Below, in pieces: positions 9,934-18,721 of a stretch of 64,000 nt of DNA. Source of the DNA: Patescibacteria group bacterium (GTDB taxonomy: Bacteria; Patescibacteriota; Microgenomatia; UBA8517); assembly GCA_035291665.1 (NCBI GenBank), contig DATDRP010000001.1, positions 146,952 through 210,951 on the forward strand. Direction: 5' to 3'. Below the pieces are notes generated by a model. The model was not told the DNA's origin, did no database searches, and saw nothing but the letters and a program-made list of their open reading frames with translations. The translations under genes and the position numbers were made by a program. Position 1 is the first letter of the stretch. Every line of letters begins with the position of its first letter.

Positions 9934-10875
9934 ATGGCAAGACTGCCCTATAAAAAACTCAAACAAAGTGGTCAGGCAGTATTAATGATCGTACTTGTTT
10001 TATCCGTTGTATTAACGCTTGTTGTTTCGGCTGTAACAAGATCTGTAGTTGACCTTGATATTACAAAATATGACGATAACGCAATACGAGCATTTGATGC
10101 CGCACAAGCAGGTATTGAGCGAGTTTTAATCGGCGAAACGGTTCCACCCGGAACAACTCTTCAAAGCGGGGCAACGGTTACTGCTGCATCTACGGATTCA
10201 ACAACTGTTGCCAATATGTACTTATACCCGCTGGAACTTTATTCGGGAGAGTCGGCAGTATTCTGGTTTGTTAACCATAAATTAACCGCTTCCGGCGACT
10301 TGATTGTGGATTGCCTTATGGGTGGTTGTGTTACACCTGCTCAAGTCAGGTTTTGCTGGGGGACGCTTGGTACGGCCGGAGACGGCAACAGCAAAGCCCC
10401 GGCAATAGAAATTGAAACATATTATTCAACTTCCAGTCCCAGCCCTCAGTCTAAATATAATGATATGTATGACTGGTCGACAATTCAGACGAAAAAATTA
10501 AGTATAGATCCGAATACGACCCGGAGATTATCAAACAATTTCTCCGCTCCGGCAGTTGCGGGTGGAATCGGATGCGCTAACCCCATAAACTTTCAGTTTT
10601 CAACCAGGCATGATGACGACCTTGGTGACCTGGGGTACGAATCGCTGCCTAATGGAAGTTTGATATTAATAAGAGTAACAATGCTTTACAATGATGATAA
10701 AACTCATCCAATCGGAATCAGATCGTCCGGAAGCATTCCCCCTCAGGGAAGAGTAATAACATCCACCGGAGTGTCAGGTGACGCAACGCGAAAGTTAAGT
10801 CTTTACCAGGGTTTCCCTGAATTTCCGTTTGAATTTGGTTCGGTAATATTTTCTAAAGGTTCAATAACAAAATAA
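9934..10875 (+). CDS. PilX-like large minor pilin / pilus assembly protein
   Basis: N-terminal hydrophobic anchor QAVLMIVLVLSVVLTLVVS followed by a large secreted domain; sits immediately upstream of pilMNO. Confidence 0.45.
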   Translation: MARLPYKKLKQSGQAVLMIVLVLSVVLTLVVSAVTRSVVDLDITKYDDNAIRAFDAAQAGIERVLIGETVPPGTTLQSGATVTAASTDSTTVANMYLYPLELYSGESAVFWFVNHKLTASGDLIVDCLMGGCVTPAQVRFCWGTLGTAGDGNSKAPAIEIETYYSTSSPSPQSKYNDMYDWSTIQTKKLSIDPNTTRRLSNNFSAPAVAGGIGCANPINFQFSTRHDDDLGDLGYESLPNGSLILIRVTMLYNDDKTHPIGIRSSGSIPPQGRVITSTGVSGDATRKLSLYQGFPEFPFEFGSVIFSKGSITK

Positions 10876-10878
10876 AAT

Positions 10879-11889
10879 ATGATTGGTCTGGATATTGGTT
10901 CCAAAACAATAAAAATAGTCGAACTGGAAAAAGATCATGATGGATATGCTCTTAAAGCCAGCGGTATTATCGGATATAAAAGCACTTCTCCCGAACACCT
11001 GGCAGATGACCGCGAAATTGCAGTTTTATCAGATGTGGTCCGAAAGCTCGTACATGAGGCAAAAATAAGCTCAAACGATGTTATTGTTTCGCTTCCCGAA
11101 ACGCAGGTTTATACCCGGCTTGTAAGATACCCGCTTCTTACTGATTCCGAAATTGCATCAGCAATAAAGTGGGAGGCTGAACAATATATCCCTTTTCCAA
11201 TCGAAGAAGCGGAAATTGATCATCAGATTATAGATAAAAACGAAACCACAACTCCCCCGCAGGTTTTTGTCCTTTTAATCGCAGCTCCCAAAATACTGAT
11301 AAAGCGCTATGTAAAACTGATAGAAATGTCAAAATTGAATTTGGTAGCGATTGAAACTGAACTTATGGCAATGTCCCGGTCGATTTGTCCTCCTGATGCT
11401 ACGGTTATGGTTGCCGATTTTGGTGCAAGATCAACAAATATCGCGATAGTCAGGAATATGAACTTAATGATGAGCAGGTCAATTCCGACAGCGGGTGATG
11501 CACTAACACGGGCTGTAGCACAGGGATTGGGCATTGAAGCTCAGCAAGCTGAGGAATATAAAAAAACCTACGGCGTGGCATCTAATGAGCTTGAAGGACG
11601 CATTAAAGAAATCATGTACCCGGTGCTTCGTGTTGTTGCCGATGAAATGAAAAAAGCGATTCATTACTATCAGGCAGAAGGTGAAGGAAATCCTCCAAAA
11701 ACAATCGTTTTGTCCGGAGGAAGTTCCGGTATGCCTGAAGTCGTGTCTATCATGACAGAGCTTTTAGGTTTGGAAGTTGTAATAGGAAACCCTTTCAGCA
11801 GATTAAAAATAGATCCGTCAGTAACAAAATCCCTAACCGGTTATGCTCCTTTTTATTCAATAGCAGTAGGCCTTGCGATGAGGTCGTAA
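10879..11889 (+). CDS. pilM: type IV pilus assembly protein PilM (actin-like ATPase fold)
   Basis: MIGLDIGSKTIKIVELEK ... VLSGGSSGMPEV: FtsA/PilM family. Confidence 0.85.
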   Translation: MIGLDIGSKTIKIVELEKDHDGYALKASGIIGYKSTSPEHLADDREIAVLSDVVRKLVHEAKISSNDVIVSLPETQVYTRLVRYPLLTDSEIASAIKWEAEQYIPFPIEEAEIDHQIIDKNETTTPPQVFVLLIAAPKILIKRYVKLIEMSKLNLVAIETELMAMSRSICPPDATVMVADFGARSTNIAIVRNMNLMMSRSIPTAGDALTRAVAQGLGIEAQQAEEYKKTYGVASNELEGRIKEIMYPVLRVVADEMKKAIHYYQAEGEGNPPKTIVLSGGSSGMPEVVSIMTELLGLEVVIGNPFSRLKIDPSVTKSLTGYAPFYSIAVGLAMRS

Positions 11890-11890
11890 T

Positions 11891-12430
11891 ATGAATCAGA
11901 TCAATTTATTACCAAAAGAAGAGCGGAAAACCCAAGGTGTAACGGATTTAAAGAGAAAATTAGAAATAATCCTTATTTTGTTGGTCGCGGTATTTGTTAT
12001 ATCAGTTTCTTCTGCATTCGGCGCCACTCTCTATTTAAACAACAAATTAAAAGGACTTGTTTCAGAAAAAGATAAACTTGAAGCGGAAGTTAAGTCTTTA
12101 AGTCAGGCAGAAACAAAAACTATATATTTAAGAAATAGAGTTGAAAAATATAATTTAATAAAAACAGAAAATAACGAAATAGACGCGTTTACAACATTTG
12201 AGAATTTGGCTAAAGATTTTCCTGCAGATTCCGAATTCGGTCAATTAATAATTACTTCATCATCAATTAGTTTTGAGATTAAAATTCGGTCATTGGAATC
12301 GCTTGCCTACATGATTGACCTGATATTAAAAAGCGATAAATACGATCATGTGTTTATTAATAACTTGATTATTCAGGATAAAGATTTTCGATATGTTTTA
12401 GTATTGAGCTTAAATACGAAACAGGTATGA
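11891..12430 (+). CDS. pilN: type IV pilus assembly protein PilN
   Basis: MNQINLLPKEERK start typical of PilN; single TM plus coiled coil; coupled to pilM and pilO. Confidence 0.75.
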   Translation: MNQINLLPKEERKTQGVTDLKRKLEIILILLVAVFVISVSSAFGATLYLNNKLKGLVSEKDKLEAEVKSLSQAETKTIYLRNRVEKYNLIKTENNEIDAFTTFENLAKDFPADSEFGQLIITSSSISFEIKIRSLESLAYMIDLILKSDKYDHVFINNLIIQDKDFRYVLVLSLNTKQV

Positions 12431-13164
12431 AGGATATAAAATTTAATTTAAATAGTTTAGGTAAAGATGCAAGAGCCGTTGGAATTATCGTTTTCGGATA
12501 TGTTATCTTATTGGTGATGTTTATTGCGGGTTTTAATAATTTTTATCGGAATATCACTTCAATTCTTAGTAATATAAAAACCTCTGAGAATGATATTAAA
12601 GCTTTTTCAGCAAAAGCCGAGTCACTAACCGTTATCGAAGAAAAGCTTCCCAGCAATATGCTTGATATACAAATTGCCGTACCCGATGATGAACCGATAT
12701 TATTTTTATATACAAATATCAAAAGATTAGTTTCGGAAAATAATCTTGTTCCGGTATCGGTAGATCTGATACTTGCCGATAAAAGTGAAGCCGAGATGTC
12801 CGTTTCAAAGTTGAATATAATTTTGAATGGCAGTAAAAAAGATATGCTGAATCTGGTGACGCAAATTAAAACGATTGCACCCGCAACAACTATCGACACC
12901 ATAGATTTTGAGAAGTACGCAAACGATGTGAGCATCGGGGCTACGATTAATCTCCAAACATATTCATCACCTCTTCCCAAAGTAATTCCTTCGGGTAAGT
13001 CAAGTATTCAAAAATTAACCCCAACCGAGGAGGAAGTTATTCAGGACTTGCTCTCTTTGACAAAACCGCCAGTAAAATCATATGAAGCTCAAGAAAAAAA
13101 ATCCGGTCAAATTGATCCGTTTAATATATTTTTCGAAAATCCGACACCGACACCTACTCCATAA
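12427..13164 (+). CDS. pilO: type IV pilus assembly protein PilO-like
   Basis: Position after pilN, N-terminal TM, overlapping start; Pro/Thr tail PTPTPTP. Confidence 0.55.
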   Translation: MKDIKFNLNSLGKDARAVGIIVFGYVILLVMFIAGFNNFYRNITSILSNIKTSENDIKAFSAKAESLTVIEEKLPSNMLDIQIAVPDDEPILFLYTNIKRLVSENNLVPVSVDLILADKSEAEMSVSKLNIILNGSKKDMLNLVTQIKTIAPATTIDTIDFEKYANDVSIGATINLQTYSSPLPKVIPSGKSSIQKLTPTEEEVIQDLLSLTKPPVKSYEAQEKKSGQIDPFNIFFENPTPTPTP

Positions 13165-13217
13165 AAGTAAATTGAATGTAAATCAACTGAAGTTCAAATT
13201 GACCGAAATTGATGGAG

Positions 13218-13454
13218 TTACTCTTTTTCCTGAACTTCAAGAGTGAAACCCTTTTTATCGAGTGTTGCTTTTGATCTAAGGATTGCTCTTATGGCATTAA
13301 TAGTTTTTCCCTCTTTCCCGATTACTAATCCGATAAGTTCTTTTGGAAGCTTAGCCGTCAACTTAATAAAACCGTCATCCGAAGTTTCTTCAACAACCTC
13401 AAAGGTTTCAACCCCGGTTAAGTTTTTCAATAAGTAGGAAAGTAAATCTTTCAT
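13218..13454 (-). CDS. KH-domain RNA-binding protein (YlqC/UPF0109 family)
   Basis: KH GXXG motif LIGLVIGKEGKTINAIRAIL; conserved position next to rpsP. Confidence 0.8.
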   Translation of the reverse strand: MKDLLSYLLKNLTGVETFEVVEETSDDGFIKLTAKLPKELIGLVIGKEGKTINAIRAILRSKATLDKKGFTLEVQEKE

Positions 13455-13459
13455 TTATT

Positions 13460-13675
13460 TTAAATTAGCTTTTTAACAGCCGGCGTAACAACTGCTCCTT
13501 TTGCGACCCAATAATCAACTTTCTTCAAATCTATCTTTTTTATTTTTTTTATTGGATCCCAAGTTCCGACAATGTCTACCGCTTTACCGCCGCGTTTTTT
13601 CATTTCGTCAATTGCGATAATTCTATAGAACAATACGTTTTTTGCTCCTTTTCTTGATAATCTGATTTTTAACAT
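13460..13675 (-). CDS. rpsP: 30S ribosomal protein S16
   Basis: MLKIRLSRKGAKNVLFYRIIAIDEMKKRGGKAVDIVGTWDP. Confidence 0.95.
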   Translation of the reverse strand: MLKIRLSRKGAKNVLFYRIIAIDEMKKRGGKAVDIVGTWDPIKKIKKIDLKKVDYWVAKGAVVTPAVKKLI

Positions 13676-13737
13676 ATGCTTATAATTAACCCTAATTTTT
13701 AAGGCAATAGTGTGATTTTACTGATTTTTAGTTGAAT

Positions 13738-14406
13738 TTACAAGAATTTAGCCAATGCAGCTTCTGCAGCACTTTGTGCAGCTTCACTTTTATTTTTTCC
13801 TGTTCCTTTCGCAATTGCTTTATTGTCGACGACAACTTCAATCGTGAACTGTTTTGCATGATCTGGACCCTCCTCTTTTACGACCTGATATTTTGGAGCC
13901 GGCAATCCTTTGGATTGGACAATTTCTTGGAATGCGCTTTTGGAATCTTTAAGCGGAAGTTTTTCGATATCAGCCATTTTTGAGAGAATGTTGGCATTTA
14001 TAAATTCCCCGGCTTTCTCTACACCCCCGTCGATGAACAAAGAACCGATTATGGCCTCTATTGTATCGGCCAATAAAGATTGGTTGCTTCTTCCCCCGCC
14101 GTCTTCTTCCCCTTTGGAAAGATATATATATTTACCGACATTCAGGGATTCCGCAACTTTTGATAAACTGACTGTATTTACCAGTTTTGCCCTGAAAGCC
14201 GTCAGATAACCCTCCTCTTCATTCGGGAATTTATTATATAAATAGGAGGAGACCACATATTCCAAAATAGCATCTCCGAGAAATTCCAACCTTTCGTTGG
14301 ATCGTCTTATGCCTTTGTGTTCATTCACCCACGATTTGTGAGTTAAGGCAAGCTCCATAAGCTCAGTATTTTTATATAGTGTTTTTAATATTTCTATATC
14401 GTCCAT
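13738..14406 (-). CDS. rnc: ribonuclease III
   Basis: RNase III signature ERLEFLGDAILEYVVS plus C-terminal dsRBD. Confidence 0.95.
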   Translation of the reverse strand: MDDIEILKTLYKNTELMELALTHKSWVNEHKGIRRSNERLEFLGDAILEYVVSSYLYNKFPNEEEGYLTAFRAKLVNTVSLSKVAESLNVGKYIYLSKGEEDGGGRSNQSLLADTIEAIIGSLFIDGGVEKAGEFINANILSKMADIEKLPLKDSKSAFQEIVQSKGLPAPKYQVVKEEGPDHAKQFTIEVVVDNKAIAKGTGKNKSEAAQSAAEAALAKFL

Positions 14407-14421
14407 ATTTTGATTGAATAA

Positions 14422-14685
14422 TTAAAGTTCGTCATCGATTAATTGTTCAAAAAGCTCCTGCAAAGTTTCAATTGATTGAAGATTTACAGAATGAGTCGGA
14501 AATCCGTTTTCGTCAAGGATTTCCAGAAAATCAGTAATTTGCGCGGGGTCCATATGAAGATCGTCTTTGATGCTGTCATCAAGATTAATATCATCTTTCG
14601 AAACACCAAGAAATTCAGACAATAATATTTTTACCTGATTAAGTTTCTTGGGGTCAAGTGCTATAGCAACGTTATCGTCATCCAT
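14422..14685 (-). CDS. acyl carrier protein-like small acidic protein
   Basis: 87 aa, highly acidic; LGVSKDDINLDDSIKDDLHMD resembles the ACP phosphopantetheine-attachment region (LGxDSLD). Confidence 0.45.
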   Translation of the reverse strand: MDDDNVAIALDPKKLNQVKILLSEFLGVSKDDINLDDSIKDDLHMDPAQITDFLEILDENGFPTHSVNLQSIETLQELFEQLIDDEL

Positions 14686-14687
14686 TT

Positions 14688-15038
14688 TTATTCCTCCTTA
14701 TATATTGTACCCAAAACTCCGTTTATAAATGAAGGTGAATTTTCTGAACCGTATTCTTTAGCTAATTCCACGGCCTCATCAATCACAACCTTAGGGGGTA
14801 TCTTATCATATTTCAGCTCGTATATAGCAAGACGTAAAATTGCCAGATCGATGCGGTTCAGGTTGTTCACCGGCCAGGCAGGTGCCGAATTTTTAATAAT
14901 TTCGTCGATAACTTTAAGTTTTGTTTTAATTCTTACGACAATCTCAGGAAGACGTTTTTGTTTTGCAAAACTTTCAGCAAATAGCGCTTTGACTGCATTC
15001 TTTCTGTAAACATGTCTCGGATCTTTTGCCGTTTTCAT
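14688..15038 (-). CDS. nusB: transcription antitermination factor NusB
   Basis: [13 protein letters not shown] ... [12 protein letters not shown] NusB signature. Confidence 0.85.
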   Translation of the reverse strand: MKTAKDPRHVYRKNAVKALFAESFAKQKRLPEIVVRIKTKLKVIDEIIKNSAPAWPVNNLNRIDLAILRLAIYELKYDKIPPKVVIDEAVELAKEYGSENSPSFINGVLGTIYKEE

Positions 15039-15085
15039 TGTAAGAAAAAAATAAAAACACGAGGTTTTTTGGCGAACCGCCTTTT

Positions 15086-15241
15086 TTACTTATAAAATCC
15101 GCAATAAGGGCATGCCTTATGGGGAAGTTTGAGTTTTTTGCACGACGGACATTTTGTCAATTGGGGTAAAATTGCTCTTTTATTGCCCCTCCTTTTACCT
15201 GAGCGTGAACGTGTATGTCTGCGTTTGGGTAGTGGTGTCAT
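15086..15241 (-). CDS. rpmF: 50S ribosomal protein L32
   Basis: Unannotated 51-aa [54 protein letters not shown]: basic N-terminus plus CxxC...CxxC zinc ribbon typical of L32. ATG at 15241..15239, stop TAA at 15088..15086. Confidence 0.75.
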   Translation of the reverse strand: MTPLPKRRHTRSRSGKRRGNKRAILPQLTKCPSCKKLKLPHKACPYCGFYK

Positions 15242-15264
15242 AAAAAAATTTCTGAAATAATTTC

Positions 15265-15292
15265 AGAACTTTTTGATTTTAGCTTAAAAAGT
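15265..15292 (-). terminator. hairpin + U-tract after recG, immediately 5' of the rpmF start codon
   Basis: Minus strand: GTTCTGAAATTATTTCAGAAATTTTTTTATG (9-bp AT-rich stem, U7) abutting the L32 ATG. Confidence 0.45.
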
Positions 15293-15329
15293 AAAATAAC
15301 TCAATGGTTGTAAAAATACGTTTACTATT

Positions 15330-17345
15330 CTAATTTAATACGTAATCTTTAGGTTTAAATTTCTTTAATATTTTATTATATCTTTTGGGATATTTGACGA
15401 TTTCTTCAGCGAAAATTCTTGTCTTTTCAATCAGTTCGAAATCACTCCAGGATGCAATTTTCAGCTCATCAAATCCATGCTGTAATGTTCCATAAATTTG
15501 GCCTGGACCTCTCAGTTTGAGATCCAATTCGGCAAGTTCAAATCCTGACAATGATTTCTGAAGAGCCAAAAGCCGGTTTTTGACTTTTTCAGAGTTAGAA
15601 TTTGAGAAAAGCATGCAATAGGATTTTTTTGTACCTCTTCCGATCCTACCCCGCAATTGATGCAATTGGGCAAGACCGAACCTTTCAGCAGCCTCGATGA
15701 TCATAATGTTTGCATTTGCAACATCAATTCCAACTTCAACTACAGGTGTTGTTACCAGGATATCGGTAAATCCCTGCTTAAAATTATTAATAACTTTTTC
15801 CTTCTCGTTTAGTTTTAATCTTCCATGAAGAAGTCCGACTTTGAAACTCTTAAAAACATTTTTAATATTTTCAAATTCAACCGTAGCGGCTTTAATCTGC
15901 GACATCGTATCAATTTCGGATTCTTCGATGAGAGGGCAAACAATATATGCCTGAGTTTTTTGTCTTTTTAATTCTTTACCAATCCAGGAATATGCATTCT
16001 CTCTTTTTCGTGAAGGAACTATCCATGTTGAGATCGGGACTCTTCCTTTTGGAAGTTCATGGAGGATTGAAAGAGTAAGATCACCATAAATAGTTAGTGC
16101 AATGGTACGCGGAATCGGTGTAGCCGTCATGGTCAAAATGTGCGGACTTTTGCTTTGTAGTCCGATTTTCCTCACCAGATGGTTTCTTTGCTCAACGCCG
16201 AAACGGTGCTGTTCATCGATAACCACTAATGCGACGTTTTGGCTATCAATAACGCGGTGAATTAATGCATGTGTGCCTATATATATGTCGGACGATCCCA
16301 AATCGCCTTTTTCTCCGGCGGATGTAATCAGTTTCGCTCTTATTTTGTAGGGTTCAAAGAGTTTTGTAATTGTTTCAAAATGTTGCGATGCTAATATTTG
16401 GGTTGGCGCCATAATAACTGATTGATATCCGTTTAAAAATGCCGTAAAAGCAGCTGTTGCCGCAACGACTGTTTTTCCGCTTCCTACGTCGCCCTCCAGA
16501 AGCCTGTTCATAGGGACATTTTTTTTCATATCATTGAGAATTTCTTCGCAGGCGTTGATTTGAGAAATTGTTAATTTGAAGGGAAGGTTTTTGATAAATT
16601 GATCTATTTTTTCATCATCAATCTTAAGCTTGAATAAAGTTGCATTTTTTTCCCAATAGCGTTTTCGGTAAAGACTTTTGAGGTGTAAAAATAGCATTTC
16701 GTCAAAAGCAAACCTTTTTCTTGCTGTTTGTGCTTCGGCGATATTATCAGGAAAATGAATTTTTTTGATTGTCTTATTAATTTCCCAAAGATGATATTTG
16801 GATCTATCCTCACCAGATATATACTCATCATAGAAACTGTTATTTTCCAGAAGAAAATGAATTCTGCCTCTTAGCCATTTTGAAGAAAGACCCTTGGTTT
16901 GGGGATAAACTGGCACGATCCTTCCGGTATTAATACTGTCGCCACTGACCATTTCATATTCGGGAGATACCATTGACAATATACTTCCGAAGTAACCGAC
17001 CTCTCCCGAGAAAGAAAAACGCATTCCCTTTTTAATTGTCATAATCAAATATGGTTGGTTGAACCATATAACTTTTAATTTTCCTGTATCGTCTTCCACT
17101 TCGCTAAGCTGCATTTTTTTACCGCTTTTCGTATATTGGTTCTTAATAAATTTTATTTCACCGGTTATTGTAATCTGATCTCCGGGATGCACATGGCCAA
17201 TTTTTGTAATTTTTGAATAATCGATATACCTGAAGGGAATGTGCTTCAAAAGATCGTCAATTTTATTGATACCAACGCTTTTCAGTCGATTAACGTATAC
17301 CGGTCCGACTTTGACAAGTTTGGAAACAGGATCGTTTAGCTTCAT
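15330..17345 (-). CDS. recG: ATP-dependent DNA helicase RecG
   Basis: N-terminal wedge/OB domain; helicase motifs GDVGSGKT, DEQHRFGV, QLRGRIGRG. Confidence 0.95.
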   Translation of the reverse strand: MKLNDPVSKLVKVGPVYVNRLKSVGINKIDDLLKHIPFRYIDYSKITKIGHVHPGDQITITGEIKFIKNQYTKSGKKMQLSEVEDDTGKLKVIWFNQPYLIMTIKKGMRFSFSGEVGYFGSILSMVSPEYEMVSGDSINTGRIVPVYPQTKGLSSKWLRGRIHFLLENNSFYDEYISGEDRSKYHLWEINKTIKKIHFPDNIAEAQTARKRFAFDEMLFLHLKSLYRKRYWEKNATLFKLKIDDEKIDQFIKNLPFKLTISQINACEEILNDMKKNVPMNRLLEGDVGSGKTVVAATAAFTAFLNGYQSVIMAPTQILASQHFETITKLFEPYKIRAKLITSAGEKGDLGSSDIYIGTHALIHRVIDSQNVALVVIDEQHRFGVEQRNHLVRKIGLQSKSPHILTMTATPIPRTIALTIYGDLTLSILHELPKGRVPISTWIVPSRKRENAYSWIGKELKRQKTQAYIVCPLIEESEIDTMSQIKAATVEFENIKNVFKSFKVGLLHGRLKLNEKEKVINNFKQGFTDILVTTPVVEVGIDVANANIMIIEAAERFGLAQLHQLRGRIGRGTKKSYCMLFSNSNSEKVKNRLLALQKSLSGFELAELDLKLRGPGQIYGTLQHGFDELKIASWSDFELIEKTRIFAEEIVKYPKRYNKILKKFKPKDYVLN

Positions 17346-17412
17346 ATTTACATGATACCACCAAATAGATAAAGGAGCGGATTATGATAGGGTTAGTGAA
17401 TCTAAACTGAAT

Positions 17413-17517
17413 CTAAAGATAAAAAAGAAACGGTATAAAGGTCGTCAAAAGAAGTGCAACGGTCGCAATTATGACCACGATTTTAACAATTTTTTTTTGC
17501 CTTTTTGATCGAAGCAT
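17413..17517 (-). CDS. small hydrophobic protein (34 aa), translationally coupled to tyrS
   Basis: ATG 2 nt after the tyrS stop; MLRSKRQKKIVKIVVIIATVALLLTTFIPFLFYL: basic N-terminus plus one TM helix. Not in the ORF track (<60 aa). Confidence 0.3.
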   Translation of the reverse strand: MLRSKRQKKIVKIVVIIATVALLLTTFIPFLFYL

Positions 17518-17518
17518 T

Positions 17519-18667
17519 TTATTTTATTTTTAAAAATACTTTCTCGCCGACTTTGACTTCATCGCCAGATTTAAGTTTATGTCCGGGATTTGTAATCGTC
17601 TCGCCATTCACATCTACTGCCTGTTGCGAAATTAAACGCTTCGCATCAGTGGTGCTTTTTAACGAAGTGTACGGTGCAATTGTTGAGGCTAAATTTTCAA
17701 GTGCGTTTACCATTTGATCAAAGACAGGAGTATTGTCCTGAAAAGTTTTTTCAAAAGACTCCTGTGCCAGGTCAGCCTTTTCATTCCCCCAAATATTTTT
17801 GACTATTTCCCAAGCGAGTGCTTTTTTTTGTCCCATTGGATCTTTTTTTATCGCCTGCTCAAGACCTTTCAAGTCAATATTAGTAAGGAGCTCATACGTA
17901 AGATAAATACCCTCATCAGGAAACGACATAACTCCGCCGTAAAATTTTTCGGGTCCGGAACTTAAGAACAAAGCATTACCCGTAGTTTTTCCGATTTTTT
18001 CACCGTTATCGTCAACAAGAAGTTTTGTTCCAAGAACATATTTATCAATGTTTTTTAAGGCTTTTGAAAGCGATCGCCCGATTAGCATGTTGAAAATCTG
18101 ATCAGTTCCCCCTATTTCAAGATCCACGCCCATTTCTGCGCTGTCATATCCTTGAGCGACCGGATATAAAAACTCATGAAGATAGATCGGCTTTCCGTCT
18201 TTTAGACGTTTTTGGAACATATCTCTCTCAATCAGCTGCTGTACAGTCAGGTTTGAAGTGATATCGATTAGATCTTTGAAATTTATCTTATCGCTCCATT
18301 CTGAATTATATTTAAGTTCAGCAGCATTTTCTCCCTCGAAGTTTAATATGTTATTAATTTGGTCTTTCCAGAGTGATGAATTTTTTAAGACTTCATCGCG
18401 GGTCAATTTTTTTCTGACCGCCAGCTTATCGGTTGGATCACCGATCATACCGGTGAAGTCGCCGACCAAAAAAATTATCTTGTGTCCGAGTTTTTGGAAT
18501 TGAGCCAATTTCATTATCCCAACAAGATTCCCTAAATGAAGAGAATCGGAGGACGGGTCAAACCCCTGGTACAAAGTAATTTTTTTAGCTTCCATCAAAT
18601 TTTTTAATGACTCTTTTGACGGAAGAATTTTTTCTACACCTCTTGTTAACACCTCATCAATATCCAT
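17519..18667 (-). CDS. tyrS: tyrosine--tRNA ligase
   Basis: HIGH-region variant SLHLGNLVGI, KMSKS-like KIGKT, C-terminal S4 domain. Confidence 0.95.
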   Translation of the reverse strand: MDIDEVLTRGVEKILPSKESLKNLMEAKKITLYQGFDPSSDSLHLGNLVGIMKLAQFQKLGHKIIFLVGDFTGMIGDPTDKLAVRKKLTRDEVLKNSSLWKDQINNILNFEGENAAELKYNSEWSDKINFKDLIDITSNLTVQQLIERDMFQKRLKDGKPIYLHEFLYPVAQGYDSAEMGVDLEIGGTDQIFNMLIGRSLSKALKNIDKYVLGTKLLVDDNGEKIGKTTGNALFLSSGPEKFYGGVMSFPDEGIYLTYELLTNIDLKGLEQAIKKDPMGQKKALAWEIVKNIWGNEKADLAQESFEKTFQDNTPVFDQMVNALENLASTIAPYTSLKSTTDAKRLISQQAVDVNGETITNPGHKLKSGDEVKVGEKVFLKIK

Positions 18668-18721
18668 AAGATAATTTTAAATCAGTTTGGCATGAATATA
18701 AAGGTGTATTAAAATAAGAGT

